From positions 11,692-75,691 of the forward strand of contig JACQFH010000452.1 in the NCBI GenBank assembly GCA_016200145.1: a stretch of DNA of 64,000 bases, given 5' to 3'. The notes beneath the pieces are model-generated. The model searched no databases. It was not told the origin of the DNA and saw only the letters and a list, made by a program, of their open reading frames with translations. Source of the DNA: Planctomycetia bacterium. Its GTDB lineage: Bacteria > Planctomycetota > Planctomycetia > Planctomycetales > Planctomycetaceae. The position numbers and the translations under genes were made by a program. Within the stretch, counting starts at the first letter, position 1; each line of letters opens with the position of its first letter. Shown piece after piece: positions 18,801-27,208 of this stretch.

Positions 18801-19582
18801 ATCAGCAGGAAGCGGTCGACGATCTGGAACAGGCCCGCCGCGAGCTGGCGGGCCAGCGTCGCGAAGCCGAAGAAACGCTGGCCCGCGAGCAGATTGCGAA
18901 GATCGCCGACGAACTGGCGGGACTTGTGCCGCGCCAGCAGGCCGCGCTCGACGAGACGCGCCGCCTCGACGAATTGCACACGACGAGCGGGAAATGGACG
19001 CGGGCCCAGCTCGTGACGCTGCGCGACGTGGCGAAAGTGCAGCGTGGGCTGGCGGAAGAAACGGGCCGCATCGTCTCGCGCGTCGCTGCCGCCGAAGTCT
19101 TCGCCCTGGCGCTGAAGGGGGCCGTCCGTTCGATGGAGCAGGCCGCGGGGCAGCTCGACGAACGCGAAACCGGAAAGGGGGCACAGCAGCCCCAGCAGGC
19201 CGCTTTGCGCCGGCTGGCCGATCTGCTCGAAGCGCTCAAGCCCGAACAGCGCGACCCGCAGCAGGCCCAGGGGGATGGGCAGGACCAGCAGGGAGGATCG
19301 GGAGCGGTGCAGGACGGACCGCAATCCGACGGTATTCCCTCGCTCGCCCAGCTCAAGCTGCTGATTACGATGCAGAAGGAACTGCTGACGCGCACGGCTG
19401 AGCTTGAACGGCTGCGCGGCGCCGATGGGCTTCTTCCGCAGGCCGCGCGCAACGAGCTGGAAGCGATTGTCCGCGAGCAGGGCGAGCTCGCCGACCTGTT
19501 TCTCAGCGTCGCCGCCCGCACGGCAACCGACGCCGAAAACCGCGACGAACCTCAGACCGACGAAAAATCGAAAGCCGAATAA
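15878..19582 (+). CDS. Large DUF4175-like membrane-anchored coiled-coil protein
   Basis: 1234 aa. Two N-terminal TM helices (WVAVVVTGALLTACLGDWLF; ILGLAIAGGAAWVIG), a central beta-rich region, and about 600 aa of E/Q/R/A-rich heptad-like sequence. It starts 8 nt after the vWA gene. Confidence 0.7.
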   Translation: MPPNLLDQQLASVRRRIRQALLTSGASWVAVVVTGALLTACLGDWLFHFDDPIVRLILGLAIAGGAAWVIGRRLVAPLRRTLSDVDLALCIEERFPGFRDGLASSVQFARSGADPRIGSPELQQVVIASTLGRLKGIDCTDVVNTRQVRRVAAIAAGVCVATLALAAWNHESTAIALQRLAMPFSGPAWPRQTHLRFLTEDLTPLVFDEHDSLRIARGTALTVLVENASGRLPARVVLEYRALDAKTASEVLRPTTKDQSSGKRLEVAVGQLPTGRGDVEFRAVGGYDDQMPWRRLEVVPPPAIERLQVTVTPPAYTGRSPEILPEGVGHIQGLVGSHIEIVAYATQPIETASLRVRDQQARPVSVSDGARRLDASFVIGDPGVLSWWFDLADTSGFQNPDPPHYEVRGIEDEEPEIFIELPAADGQATAEAVVRVRTTARDDLGLKELQLVYRLEPADNDEEQTIPLFQRAPAASAGRQASDAEPVLAQTVEYLWKIADLAPAPGTRIVFRTEATDHFDLAPECPDGQAPPLHVGKSVMRVLTIASREEKSQEIAQRQEGLLSDLDRAHKLEQQARQQVDDLVLQLKNVDGVRPEDLDSLQRTELGQRDVAAQLASPANGLARRAAELLDELRNNQLNEPQTERRLKSLADELERLDRDHLRSIEQDLTQARKQLQSGGKEAAKKKPADAPNQPAPREQRPADALEQVSQNQAAVVESLGEMLHDLSQWRGEHDAAAELADIVRQQNELNQRAAELSKKTLTRPADELPPQDRADLVKTAERQKKQADQLDQVESRMRATHQALSNDDPSAAAVLHDAADQVQQQGIAGRMREAADQIGENRMGQAARTQQDVLQKLRELEDLLRHNGESDSEMLVKKLKAAEQELADLHDRQAELLRKLQEAGQNGDAPTRQEQLEALRKEQARVQEETARMARRLARLEARRAGTSAERAAAQMRAAQGQLAGDDSSGAADHQQEAVDDLEQARRELAGQRREAEETLAREQIAKIADELAGLVPRQQAALDETRRLDELHTTSGKWTRAQLVTLRDVAKVQRGLAEETGRIVSRVAAAEVFALALKGAVRSMEQAAGQLDERETGKGAQQPQQAALRRLADLLEALKPEQRDPQQAQGDGQDQQGGSGAVQDGPQSDGIPSLAQLKLLITMQKELLTRTAELERLRGADGLLPQAARNELEAIVREQGELADLFLSVAARTATDAENRDEPQTDEKSKAE

Positions 19583-19639
19583 TGCGCCCCTCCACCTCGC
19601 TCATCAACTCCCGACTGGATCCAAATTCCTTTCGTGTCA

Positions 19640-19815
19640 TTTGTCGTTTTCGTGGTTCCTCCCATTGCCATTCGATGAGGAATGTACCACGAAATACACG
19701 AAAGACGCGAAATGATATCTACGAAAGTGTCATCCACAGATTTCACGGATTTTCGCAGATGAGATGCAACGCCGGGATTTCTTCAATCTGTGAAAATCTG
19801 CGCAATCTGTGGATC
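19640..19815. repeat. Composite hairpin repeat (CACGAAATACACGAAAGACGCGAAA module plus CAGATTT/ATCTG hairpin)
   Basis: 19732-19760 pairs with 19786-19814. The 29-mer atctgtgaaaatctgcgcaatctgtggat (19786-19814) is identical to 56490-56518. The upstream module ccacgaaatacacgaaagacgcgaaa matches 56388-56413. Confidence 0.8.
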
Positions 19816-20529
19816 ATTCTGTTCCTGGTGCCCGCATGCTGGGCGTTGCCCGTCGCGGCCTCCGAGCCGGACGACGTGCCGGTGCCGGAATCGGCCGAGG
19901 AAAAGCCGGCTCCTGAAAAGCCCGCCGCAGGCACAGCGACTGACGACGAGCTGCAAAAGTCCCTCGCCGCCGACGCCCGAAAATTCCTGGAAGAGGCCCA
20001 CGAGCGATTGCAGAGCGCGTTCGACGGCATGCAGGCCGCCCGCCGGCGGATCGCCGACGACGACACCGGCTCGGAAACGCAGAAGACACAGGAGCTCGTC
20101 GTCAACGAGCTCGAAGAACTGCTGAAGCTCGTCCGCCAGCAGCAGCAAAGGCGCGGTCAGAGCGGGTCGCAGTCGAACCCGCCTCCCGAGGGCAGCCAGA
20201 ATCCGAGCCGGCCCGAACGCCAGAAACTCCCCCCGGGACAAAACGACCCGCAAAACTCGGGCGATAAGAACAATAAGGACGGCGACGGCCACCGCAATGA
20301 CAAGAAGTCGCGCGACTCCCAGGAGCGCAGCGACGCGGCCCGCGAGCCCACCGCCGAGCAGGCGCGCCACAGGCAGGCCATTAAAGACGTGTGGGGCCAT
20401 CTCCCGCCGCACGTTCGCGAAGCCATGCTGAACTCCATCAGCGAGAAGTACCTCCCCCGGTACGAAGAGCTCGTCAAGAAGTACTACGAGAGCCTGGCCG
20501 AGAAGAATCGAAAGCAAGGCGGCAAATGA
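19759..20529 (+). CDS. Secreted low-complexity protein with conserved C-terminal WGHLPPHVREAM...YYESLAEK motif
   Basis: Signal-peptide-like LWIILFLVPACWALPVAASE, acidic and Q/P/N-rich middle, conserved-looking C terminus. The candidate ATG (19759) and first ~19 codons lie inside the repeat element, so the start is uncertain. Confidence 0.55.
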   Translation: MRCNAGISSICENLRNLWIILFLVPACWALPVAASEPDDVPVPESAEEKPAPEKPAAGTATDDELQKSLAADARKFLEEAHERLQSAFDGMQAARRRIADDDTGSETQKTQELVVNELEELLKLVRQQQQRRGQSGSQSNPPPEGSQNPSRPERQKLPPGQNDPQNSGDKNNKDGDGHRNDKKSRDSQERSDAAREPTAEQARHRQAIKDVWGHLPPHVREAMLNSISEKYLPRYEELVKKYYESLAEKNRKQGGK

Positions 20530-21347
20530 CCGAGACTGATTCCGATTCGGAGGCCACTGGGGGCGAAGGAATTCGTCTGCAGCGTTACCTGGCCATGGCC
20601 GGCGCCGGGTCGCGCAGGCACTGCGAAGAATTCATTCTCGCGGGCCGAGTTACCGTGGGCCGCGAAACGATCCGCGAGCTGGGATATCGCGTCGTGCCCG
20701 GCGCCCAGGAGGTGCGGCTCGACGGCGAGCGGGTGCGCCTCGAACGCAAGGTGTGGTATCTGCTCAATAAGCCGATCGGTTTCCTGTGCACCAACAGCGA
20801 CCCGGCCGGCCGGGCCCGCGTGCTCGATTTATTCCCGCGCAATCGCGAGCGGCTGTTCACCGTGGGCCGGCTCGATGAAAACAGCCAGGGCCTGCTGCTC
20901 GCGACGAACGACGGCGACATCGCGCACCGCCTGGCCCATCCCCGGTTCCGCGTGCGGAAAGTGTACCAGGTGCAGGTGGCCGGGGTCCCGCCCCGCGAGC
21001 TGCTCGAACAGCTCAAGCGCGGGCTGTACTTCGCCGAGGGCCGGTTCAAGGTCGCCGACGCGAAATTCGTGCGCGCCAAAGGGAGCAGCGCCATCATCGA
21101 ATTGGTGCTGACGGAGGGTCAGAACCGCGAGATTCGCCGGTTGATGGCCAAGCTCGGGCACAAAGTGCAGCGGCTGGTGCGTGTCGCGCTGGGTCCGATC
21201 GAGCTGGGGGACTTGCCAGTCGGCCAGCACCGGCCTCTCGCGCCGCAGGAAGTCGCCGCCCTGCACGACCTCGTCTCCGGCGGCAACCGCCGGCAGAAGA
21301 CTGGCAGACCTCGCCCGGGCAAATCGCGGCCGCGCCGCGCGAAGTAA
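20526..21347 (+). CDS. Pseudouridine synthase, RsuA/RluB family, with S4 domain
   Basis: S4-like RLQRYLAMAGAGSRRHCEEFILAGRVTV and the catalytic motif FTVGRLDENSQGLLLATNDG. The tail is basic. ATGA overlap with the upstream stop. Confidence 0.88.
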   Translation: MTETDSDSEATGGEGIRLQRYLAMAGAGSRRHCEEFILAGRVTVGRETIRELGYRVVPGAQEVRLDGERVRLERKVWYLLNKPIGFLCTNSDPAGRARVLDLFPRNRERLFTVGRLDENSQGLLLATNDGDIAHRLAHPRFRVRKVYQVQVAGVPPRELLEQLKRGLYFAEGRFKVADAKFVRAKGSSAIIELVLTEGQNREIRRLMAKLGHKVQRLVRVALGPIELGDLPVGQHRPLAPQEVAALHDLVSGGNRRQKTGRPRPGKSRPRRAK

Positions 21348-21354
21348 ACGAATC

Positions 21355-21629
21355 GCCCTCCCCCCTTCGTAAGGGAGGGTCGGGGGGGTGAGGTGAAGAT
21401 GTTCCTGTGGCATTCGTGCGCGCCTCTTCTGCAACAACGAAAGTTTCCATACTGCACGAGGCGACGTCGCGAAGAGGCAAGCACGACGCAGGTTGGAAGC
21501 GCACGGCAACTTCAGGAAACACTCTCTCGCGAAGTTTCTGACTTGCAAACGCAGAATTCGCCCTCAGCGTCTTGCCCACCGCCACAGTACAGCATCTTCC
21601 CCCTGTCCACGGGGGATCGAGGTGGGGGC
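21355..21629. repeat. Mosaic of three short repeat families
   Basis: 21355-21389 is ccctccccccttcgtaagggagggtcggggggg (inverse copy at 22869-22903). 21468-21510 is gcgaagaggcaagcacgacgcaggttggaagcgcacggcaac. 21597-21629 is cttccccctgtccacgggggatcgaggtggggg (inverse copy at 22498-22531). Confidence 0.75.
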
Positions 21630-21648
21630 CGTCACAGGACATCGTCGA

Positions 21649-22068
21649 TCAGTCGGGATTTCGGCGGTGGACATCAGACTGTTCCTCTGCATCGGCAATC
21701 CATCCGTAAACAGAAATGGCGAAGGCGGTGGCCCACCATCCGTCCTGTAGGAACTCGATCGCGTTACGCGGCATTCTTCCCGTCAGGGGTTCGACTGAAA
21801 ACCATGCCAACCAGGCGCCCTGAACAATCGTTGATGTGGCCCAGATAACGCGACGCCATTCCCGGGCTGGCGGCCGTATTGCCCGCCAAATATACCCCAA
21901 CGTGACAACGTAGCCGGGGCCAAACAAGAGTAGGGCGCGTTCCGGAAGTCCGACAACAAAAATAACGGCAAATGCCAAGCCCCAGAGGCAACCCCCGATC
22001 GCAAGTATCCCGGCGAGGACCCGAAATCTCACCGCGTTGCTGGGCCTGGAAATTGCGTACTCCTTCAC
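21649..22068 (-). CDS. Orphan multi-TM membrane protein
   Basis: 139 aa with 3-4 hydrophobic segments (VLAGILAIGGCLWGLAFAVIFVV; GYVVTLGYIW; GAWLAWF; WWATAFAISVYGWI). No recognisable motif. Flanked on both sides by repeat mosaics. Confidence 0.45.
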   Translation of the reverse strand: MKEYAISRPSNAVRFRVLAGILAIGGCLWGLAFAVIFVVGLPERALLLFGPGYVVTLGYIWRAIRPPAREWRRVIWATSTIVQGAWLAWFSVEPLTGRMPRNAIEFLQDGWWATAFAISVYGWIADAEEQSDVHRRNPD

Positions 22069-22299
22069 GGCTGCCGCATCCCCGTCGGCACTTGTCCCAA
22101 ATACGGATTAGGTTCCGACGAAGGCAGTGACTCGACAGGCTTCGCGAAGTCCTGTGTGGCGACGCGGGAGCGGTTACGCTGCAAGTCTAACGGCTGTAGC
22201 GATTTGTTCAACTTTGCCGGCACAAACTGCCGATAAATCGAAACGCGTGAGCGTGCGCGCTCTGTTCGTCAGTCACTGGGGGGCTGGCGGAGTGTTTCG

Positions 22300-24150
22300 A
22301 TGTCGGCCCGGCGAACCGTTGTTGCCATTGGCCTGCTGGCCGCCCTGATTGCGGTGGCCTGCCTGCGTGCCGAGTCGAAGATTGTCTCGCATCCTGCCGT
22401 GCCGCATCCACAGCCAGGATGCGCGTATGCCATCCAGCTCTGTGAGGGCTCGGCCTGTCTTATTCCGCATTCCGACTTCCGCATTCCGCATTTGACAGCC
22501 CCCCCTCGGTCCCCCCGTGGACGGGGGGAAGACGCAGTCCTGGGCAGTTTCGATCTGGCGCTCGACGCCGGCGGTGAATGCGAGCTGATCGTGGCCAGCC
22601 TGGGAGACGCCTCGCAGACTTTTCATGTCGAGCTCGAAGCGCGTCGCCGGCCGCGAGTGGAATCATTTCCGGCGGTTGCCGTGGCGCCGCTTTCTGTTAG
22701 TGCGGACGTTGAGCGCATCGAGGCCCCCTCACCCCTATCCCCTCTCCCGCGGGGGGGAGAGGGGGACGGAACGAAAGGAGGGCTTTTGGCTCGCGCGGCG
22801 ACGAGAACACGGCACCAAGCAACCGATTCCCATTCCGCATTCCGCACTCCGAATTCCGCACTTCACCCGACCCCCCCTGGCCCCCCCTTACGAAGGGGGG
22901 GAAGATACTTTCGCGGGCCGTCGGTTGTTGAGAGTCACCCGCACTTGCCACTCGCCGGGGCTTCCCGTTGGTCCAGCCCCGGCCACCCGGCGTCCCAGCA
23001 TTCGACGTTCAACGTTCAGCGTTCAACGTTCGACGTTTCTTCAATCGCGACAATCGGAACTTCATCTGCGGATCTCGTGCCTCCGAACCCAAAGCCACAG
23101 CTCGCGCCTCGCCGGTTCTTCCTGCACGTCTCCGCCGGCCCTCTCGAAGACGCGTGCGGACACGTCCCGATCATGGCCCGGCCCGCCGGCGAAGGGCGAC
23201 TGGTTCGGATCTATGTCGACGCCGAGGTCGCCGCGGCTGACCTGGCTCCTGGCCTCGTGGCGGAAACGATCCGCCTGCTCGACGACGAGATCATTCCGCG
23301 CAGCCGCGAGCTGCTGGGCGAGCACGCCGACGTCGACGGCGACGGAAAGCTGGCCGTGCTGCTGACTCCGTGGCTCGGCAAACTGCGCGGCGGCAAGACG
23401 TCGCTCAACGGCTGCGTGCGCGCCAACGATTTTCAGGCGGGTATCGAGGCGCCGTTCAGCAACTCGGCGGACCTGGTGTATCTCAACTCGCATCTGACGT
23501 GCGGGCCGGCGCTGAAAACGCTGTTGGCGCACGAATACACGCATGCCGTCTGCTTCAGCCGCCGATTCGCCCGCGCCGCCGGCGCGCTCCCCGTGGAAGA
23601 CGACTGGCTCAATGAAGCGATGGCCCACGTCGCCGAGAACCTGCACGAGACTGGCTGGTCGAATTTGGCCGAACGGATCGAGTCGTTTCTGGCGGCGCCC
23701 CACACGGCGCCGCTGGTCGTCCCCGATTATTACCGCGCCGGGCTGTGGCGCGATCCCGCCTGCCGCGGCGCAACGTTTCTGTTCCTGCGGTTCTGTGTCG
23801 ATCAGTTCGGCGATCGACTGCTCGGCAAGCTGGCGGGCAGCCCGCTCACCGGACCGCGCAACCTCGAGCAGGCGACCGGGGTTCCCTTCCCCGAGCTGGT
23901 CCGGCACTGGACGATCGCCCTCGCGAACGACCGGATCGCGTCGCTCCCCTTGTCGTCAAAACTGGGCGACCGCCAACTGCAAGGCATGCGACGGATTGAC
24001 TGGAAAGTGGATGGTGCCCCGTGCGCCGTCGACCTCCGCGGCACATCCGCGTCTCTGGTCAGGCTCTCGGCCGCATCGCCAGGGCCGGTCCGCGTCACAC
24101 TGCGCTCAGCGGCATCAGCAAAGCTGCAGGTGACGCTCATTCGGCGGTAG
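22300..24150 (+). CDS. Secreted HExxH zinc-metallopeptidase-like protein, with repeat-derived segments in the N-terminal third
   Basis: Signal peptide MSARRTVVAIGLLAALIAVACLRAES. C-terminal half has LLAHEYTHAV (HExxH) and a downstream NEAMAHVAE. The conserved-looking core starts about RRFFLHV...RLVRIYVDAEV. The frame stays open through repeat modules at 22462-23037, so the true start is uncertain (alternative ATG at 23173). Confidence 0.6.
   Translation: MSARRTVVAIGLLAALIAVACLRAESKIVSHPAVPHPQPGCAYAIQLCEGSACLIPHSDFRIPHLTAPPRSPRGRGEDAVLGSFDLALDAGGECELIVASLGDASQTFHVELEARRRPRVESFPAVAVAPLSVSADVERIEAPSPLSPLPRGGEGDGTKGGLLARAATRTRHQATDSHSAFRTPNSALHPTPPGPPLRRGGRYFRGPSVVESHPHLPLAGASRWSSPGHPASQHSTFNVQRSTFDVSSIATIGTSSADLVPPNPKPQLAPRRFFLHVSAGPLEDACGHVPIMARPAGEGRLVRIYVDAEVAAADLAPGLVAETIRLLDDEIIPRSRELLGEHADVDGDGKLAVLLTPWLGKLRGGKTSLNGCVRANDFQAGIEAPFSNSADLVYLNSHLTCGPALKTLLAHEYTHAVCFSRRFARAAGALPVEDDWLNEAMAHVAENLHETGWSNLAERIESFLAAPHTAPLVVPDYYRAGLWRDPACRGATFLFLRFCVDQFGDRLLGKLAGSPLTGPRNLEQATGVPFPELVRHWTIALANDRIASLPLSSKLGDRQLQGMRRIDWKVDGAPCAVDLRGTSASLVRLSAASPGPVRVTLRSAASAKLQVTLIRR
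22462..23037. repeat. Six short-repeat modules lying inside ORF 22300..24150
   Basis: 22462-22493 (attccgcattccgacttccgcattccgcattt), 22498-22531, 22724-22767 (ccctcacccctatcccctctcccgcgggggggagaggggg), 22831-22866 (cattccgcattccgcactccgaattccgcac), 22869-22903, and 22998-23037 (cattcgacgttcaacgttcagcgttcaacgttcgacg; compare 179-208). Confidence 0.8.
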
Positions 24151-24195
24151 CAGGGTTGCTTCTGAGTACTCAGCGAGCAAGTGTTTTCTGAACTC

Positions 24196-24322
24196 GCCGT
24201 GCGATGCCAGCTCGCCTCGGGCTTGCCTCTTCGCGACTCGCTTGCGCCGAATGCTTGAGTGACATGCGAGCGCACCCGTGGGCGACCAATTCGATTCGAA
24301 TCGGTGCCCGTTCCCACGGCTC
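24196..24322. repeat. 127-nt GCTTGCCTCTTCGCG / CCCGTGGGCGACCAATTC element (second full copy)
   Basis: Colinear with 2711-2837, with the same length and orientation. Intergenic between the metallopeptidase-like gene and the acyltransferase gene. Confidence 0.8.
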
Positions 24323-24338
24323 ACCGCAAGCGAATTCG

Positions 24339-25310
24339 TCACGCCGCTTTGCTGCGGCGACTTGCGCGGCTTCTCGGCACGTTCTTCCAGCGGCGGTGGA
24401 CCCAGAAGTACTGCTCGGGCGCGCGGCGGACGACGCGTTCGAGCGCGTCGGTGTAGCGCTGCGTGATTTCGCGCACGGCGTCGGCCGTTTGAAATTCGAG
24501 CGGATCGACGACTTCCTCGCAGCCCAGCTCGAAGCGCGGCCAGCCCCCCGGCAGCGTCTCGTTCTCCAGCCGCCGCGCATAGCCGACGCAGATCAGCGCC
24601 CGGTACTCGATCGCCAGGAGCGCAATCGACTTGAAGCTCGACGCGGGGCGCCCAAAAAAATTGACGAACAGCCCCGACTTGCCGGCGTCCTGATCGCACA
24701 GCATGGCCAGGCTCCCGCCGCGTTCGAGCAAAGCGACCATCTCGCCCCCTCCGCCGTTCTTGGAAATCGGCCGGTGCCCAGTGAATTTGCGCGACTCGTA
24801 GACCCAGCGATCAATGAACGGATTGTCGAGCGCCCGCGCCACCAGGCCCATTCGAAAGCCGAACAGCCCGAAGACCGACACGGCCAGTTCCCAGTTGCCG
24901 AAGTGTCCCGAGAGCACGATCACCGGCCGATTCGAGCACAGCGCCCGCACGACGTCGGGCTTGTTGCGGAAAATGATCGCGTCGACCACGTTGCCGAGCC
25001 GCAGCTTCCGCGGCATGTGCGCCATTTCCGCAACCAGGCGAAACAGATTGACCCACATCCGGTAGATGAGCCGATCGACCTGGTCGTCGGTGTATTTGTC
25101 GCCGAACGACGCACGAATGTTGTCGCGCGCGACGTTGTACCGCGTCAATTTGCAATAGAGAGGCCATTTGCGAAGGGTGCGGCTGTGAATGACCGCCGCG
25201 AGTCGCTCGGCCGCTTGCGCGCACATCCGCGGCGAAAGCGCCTGCACAATGCAGACGGCGATCCGAAACAGCAGATACTCGATCCAGTGCCGTAACCGCT
25301 CGCGCCCCAT
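24339..25310 (-). CDS. Lipid A biosynthesis (Kdo2-lipid IVA) acyltransferase, LpxL/HtrB family
   Basis: N-terminal TM, the acyltransferase catalytic motif SGHFGNWELA (HX4D/E), and downstream MLCDQD. Confidence 0.82.
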   Translation of the reverse strand: MGRERLRHWIEYLLFRIAVCIVQALSPRMCAQAAERLAAVIHSRTLRKWPLYCKLTRYNVARDNIRASFGDKYTDDQVDRLIYRMWVNLFRLVAEMAHMPRKLRLGNVVDAIIFRNKPDVVRALCSNRPVIVLSGHFGNWELAVSVFGLFGFRMGLVARALDNPFIDRWVYESRKFTGHRPISKNGGGGEMVALLERGGSLAMLCDQDAGKSGLFVNFFGRPASSFKSIALLAIEYRALICVGYARRLENETLPGGWPRFELGCEEVVDPLEFQTADAVREITQRYTDALERVVRRAPEQYFWVHRRWKNVPRSRASRRSKAA

Positions 25311-25344
25311 CGACTCGTTCGCTCCTGGATTTCAGCCTGTTCAA

Positions 25345-25396
25345 TGTCGCCTTTCGCGGAGCGAAAGTACGCCCTTTCGCGGACCGAAAGGCGACA
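25345..25396. repeat. Palindromic TTTCGCGGAGCGAAAG hairpin repeat, copy 1
   Basis: tgtcgcctttcgcggagcgaaagtacgccctttcgcggaccgaaaggcgaca. Same family as 27367-27420, 30015-30067 and 31090-31140. Confidence 0.8.
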
Positions 25397-25613
25397 AAAG
25401 CGGGCGAAGTGTGCCCTGAATGGTCGGTTAGGTCAATGCTGAAAATCAATTGGCAAATCCCCGGTTTGAGCGGCTATAATGAATGCCACGCGCCCGCCCA
25501 TCATGCCTGTTCCCTGTTGATCGATTCCGTCTGCAATTCGGCCTGAACTGCCGGCCGGTGCGTCGGCGAGTCAGGAATTCCCGATTTTGAGCGACCAATT
25601 CCCACGAGAGACA

Positions 25614-26894
25614 ATGACGCAGGAACCGGCGAAAAGCTCGCTGGCAGGCGGAGGGGCATCGCTCAGCAGCAAGGTTAAGTCGCTGCGGCTCTCGGGCGCC
25701 GAATTGCGCGAGCCGGGCGGAAGCTCGAAGCTGCCCTGGGTGCTGTGCCTGCTGCTGGCGTGCTCCACGGGATATCTGGCCTGGCAGGCCTACCTCGCGC
25801 CGGCTTCGACGAAGTCGTCCGACGCAGCAGCGGAAGCAGACGGGTCGAAAACGGCGGGCGGAATGGCGGGCACGGGGCGCTCTGCGGATGTCGCCCCTTC
25901 CGGCAACCTGTCGCTCGATTCCAAGGGATACATCGTTCCGGCGCACCAGATTCTCGTCAGCCCCAAAGTGGGGGGCATGGTCAAATACCTGCGAATCCAT
26001 AAGCCGGGACAAGCGCCCGAAGAGGGAATTCCGCTGGAAGAAGGGCTGCGCGTCGAAAAGGGAGACATCCTGGCGGTGCTGGAATCGACCGATTACGAAT
26101 CCGATGTCGCCCGCTGCCGTGCACAGGTCGCATCGGCCGAGCAGCGGCTCGCCATGGAGCGCAAGAACGTGCCTCAGGAGATCGACCGGGCGCAGGCCGA
26201 GCTCAGCGAGGCAGTGACCCAGCGCGATTACTTCAAGACGGTGCACGATCGCAACGTCAGCCTGTCGAAGAAGGGTTCGGTCAGCCCGAACGAGCTGGAA
26301 AAATCGCAAAGCGATTACGAAGCCTCGCGGCACCGCGTCGAGCGGCTGGAACGGGCGCTCGATATCGTCCGCGGGCCGCGCGCCGAACGCATCAAAGTCT
26401 CTGAAGCCGAAGTCAGTTCGGCCCGGGCCGACCTCGTGAAGGCCGAATGGCGGCTCGACAACTGCACAATCGTCGCGCCGATCACGGGCACGCTGCTGCG
26501 GAAGAACGTCGAAGAGGGGAACATCGTGAACCCCGTGGCGTTCAACGGCAGCTACAGCGTCTGCGACATGGCCGATCTCTCGAACCTGGAAGTCGACTTG
26601 AGCATCCAGGAGCGCGACATTTCACGGGTGTTCAAAGATCAGCGGTGCATCGTGCGGGCCGAGGCGTACCCCGAACGGCAATACAGCGGCCATGTGTCGC
26701 GGTTGATGCCGATCGCCGATCGCGCGAAAGGATCGGTGTCGGTGCGCGTCAAGATCCGCATTCCCGCCGAGGAGGAAGGGGTGTACCTCAAGCCGGAGAT
26801 GGGCGCGATCGTGACGTTCTACGCCGCCGACGCCGCAGTGCCGAAGGTGGAAGCTTCGGTTCCCGACGGCGCCGAATCGGCCGCGAACCGCTGA
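25614..26894 (+). CDS. HlyD-family periplasmic adaptor (membrane fusion protein)
   Basis: N-terminal TM (LPWVLCLLLACSTGYLAW), biotinyl/lipoyl-like hairpin (VEKGDILAVLES..YE), a coiled-coil segment, then beta-barrel (CTIVAPITGTLL...). No cognate ABC/RND pump gene is adjacent. ATG at 25614 is preferred to TTG at 25587. Confidence 0.8.
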   Translation: MTQEPAKSSLAGGGASLSSKVKSLRLSGAELREPGGSSKLPWVLCLLLACSTGYLAWQAYLAPASTKSSDAAAEADGSKTAGGMAGTGRSADVAPSGNLSLDSKGYIVPAHQILVSPKVGGMVKYLRIHKPGQAPEEGIPLEEGLRVEKGDILAVLESTDYESDVARCRAQVASAEQRLAMERKNVPQEIDRAQAELSEAVTQRDYFKTVHDRNVSLSKKGSVSPNELEKSQSDYEASRHRVERLERALDIVRGPRAERIKVSEAEVSSARADLVKAEWRLDNCTIVAPITGTLLRKNVEEGNIVNPVAFNGSYSVCDMADLSNLEVDLSIQERDISRVFKDQRCIVRAEAYPERQYSGHVSRLMPIADRAKGSVSVRVKIRIPAEEEGVYLKPEMGAIVTFYAADAAVPKVEASVPDGAESAANR

Positions 26895-26923
26895 GGCCGA
26901 CTCGATACGCCAGGCAGGTCCTA

Positions 26924-27208
26924 TCAGGCTTCGGATGGTTGGGCACGATCCAGGCTGGTCGCTTTGCGATCATGGTTTTGATCACTTGCCGGCCAATTCG
27001 TGGCGTCGCCGGGGTAGATTGCCCCGTTCGTCATGCTCCCCAGCATTCTGAGAACGGCCAGCTCGACGGCGTGGATTTCTACGTCGTTCCAACCGATCGA
27101 GTCCTGCAACTCTGTGATGTAGTCAGCAACCGCAGCAATCGCGTCCCGCGATCGGTAGCATCGCTGGAGGCACTCCCCAATCGCGGCGTTAATCTTTTCT
27201 CTTGCCAT
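26924..27208 (-). CDS. Hypothetical small protein (94 aa)
   Basis: ORF from MAREKINAAIGECLQRCY... with balanced, non-junk composition and no recognisable motif. Lies in a region that looks lower in GC. Confidence 0.3.
   Translation of the reverse strand: MAREKINAAIGECLQRCYRSRDAIAAVADYITELQDSIGWNDVEIHAVELAVLRMLGSMTNGAIYPGDATNWPASDQNHDRKATSLDRAQPSEA

Noticed and set aside
18064-19401. A 445-aa alternative-frame ORF inside the DUF4175-like gene.
   Set aside because: The composition is extremely Arg/Ala/Gly/Pro-biased, with no start context. The overlapping frame gives a coherent coiled-coil protein continuous with the N-terminal TM region.
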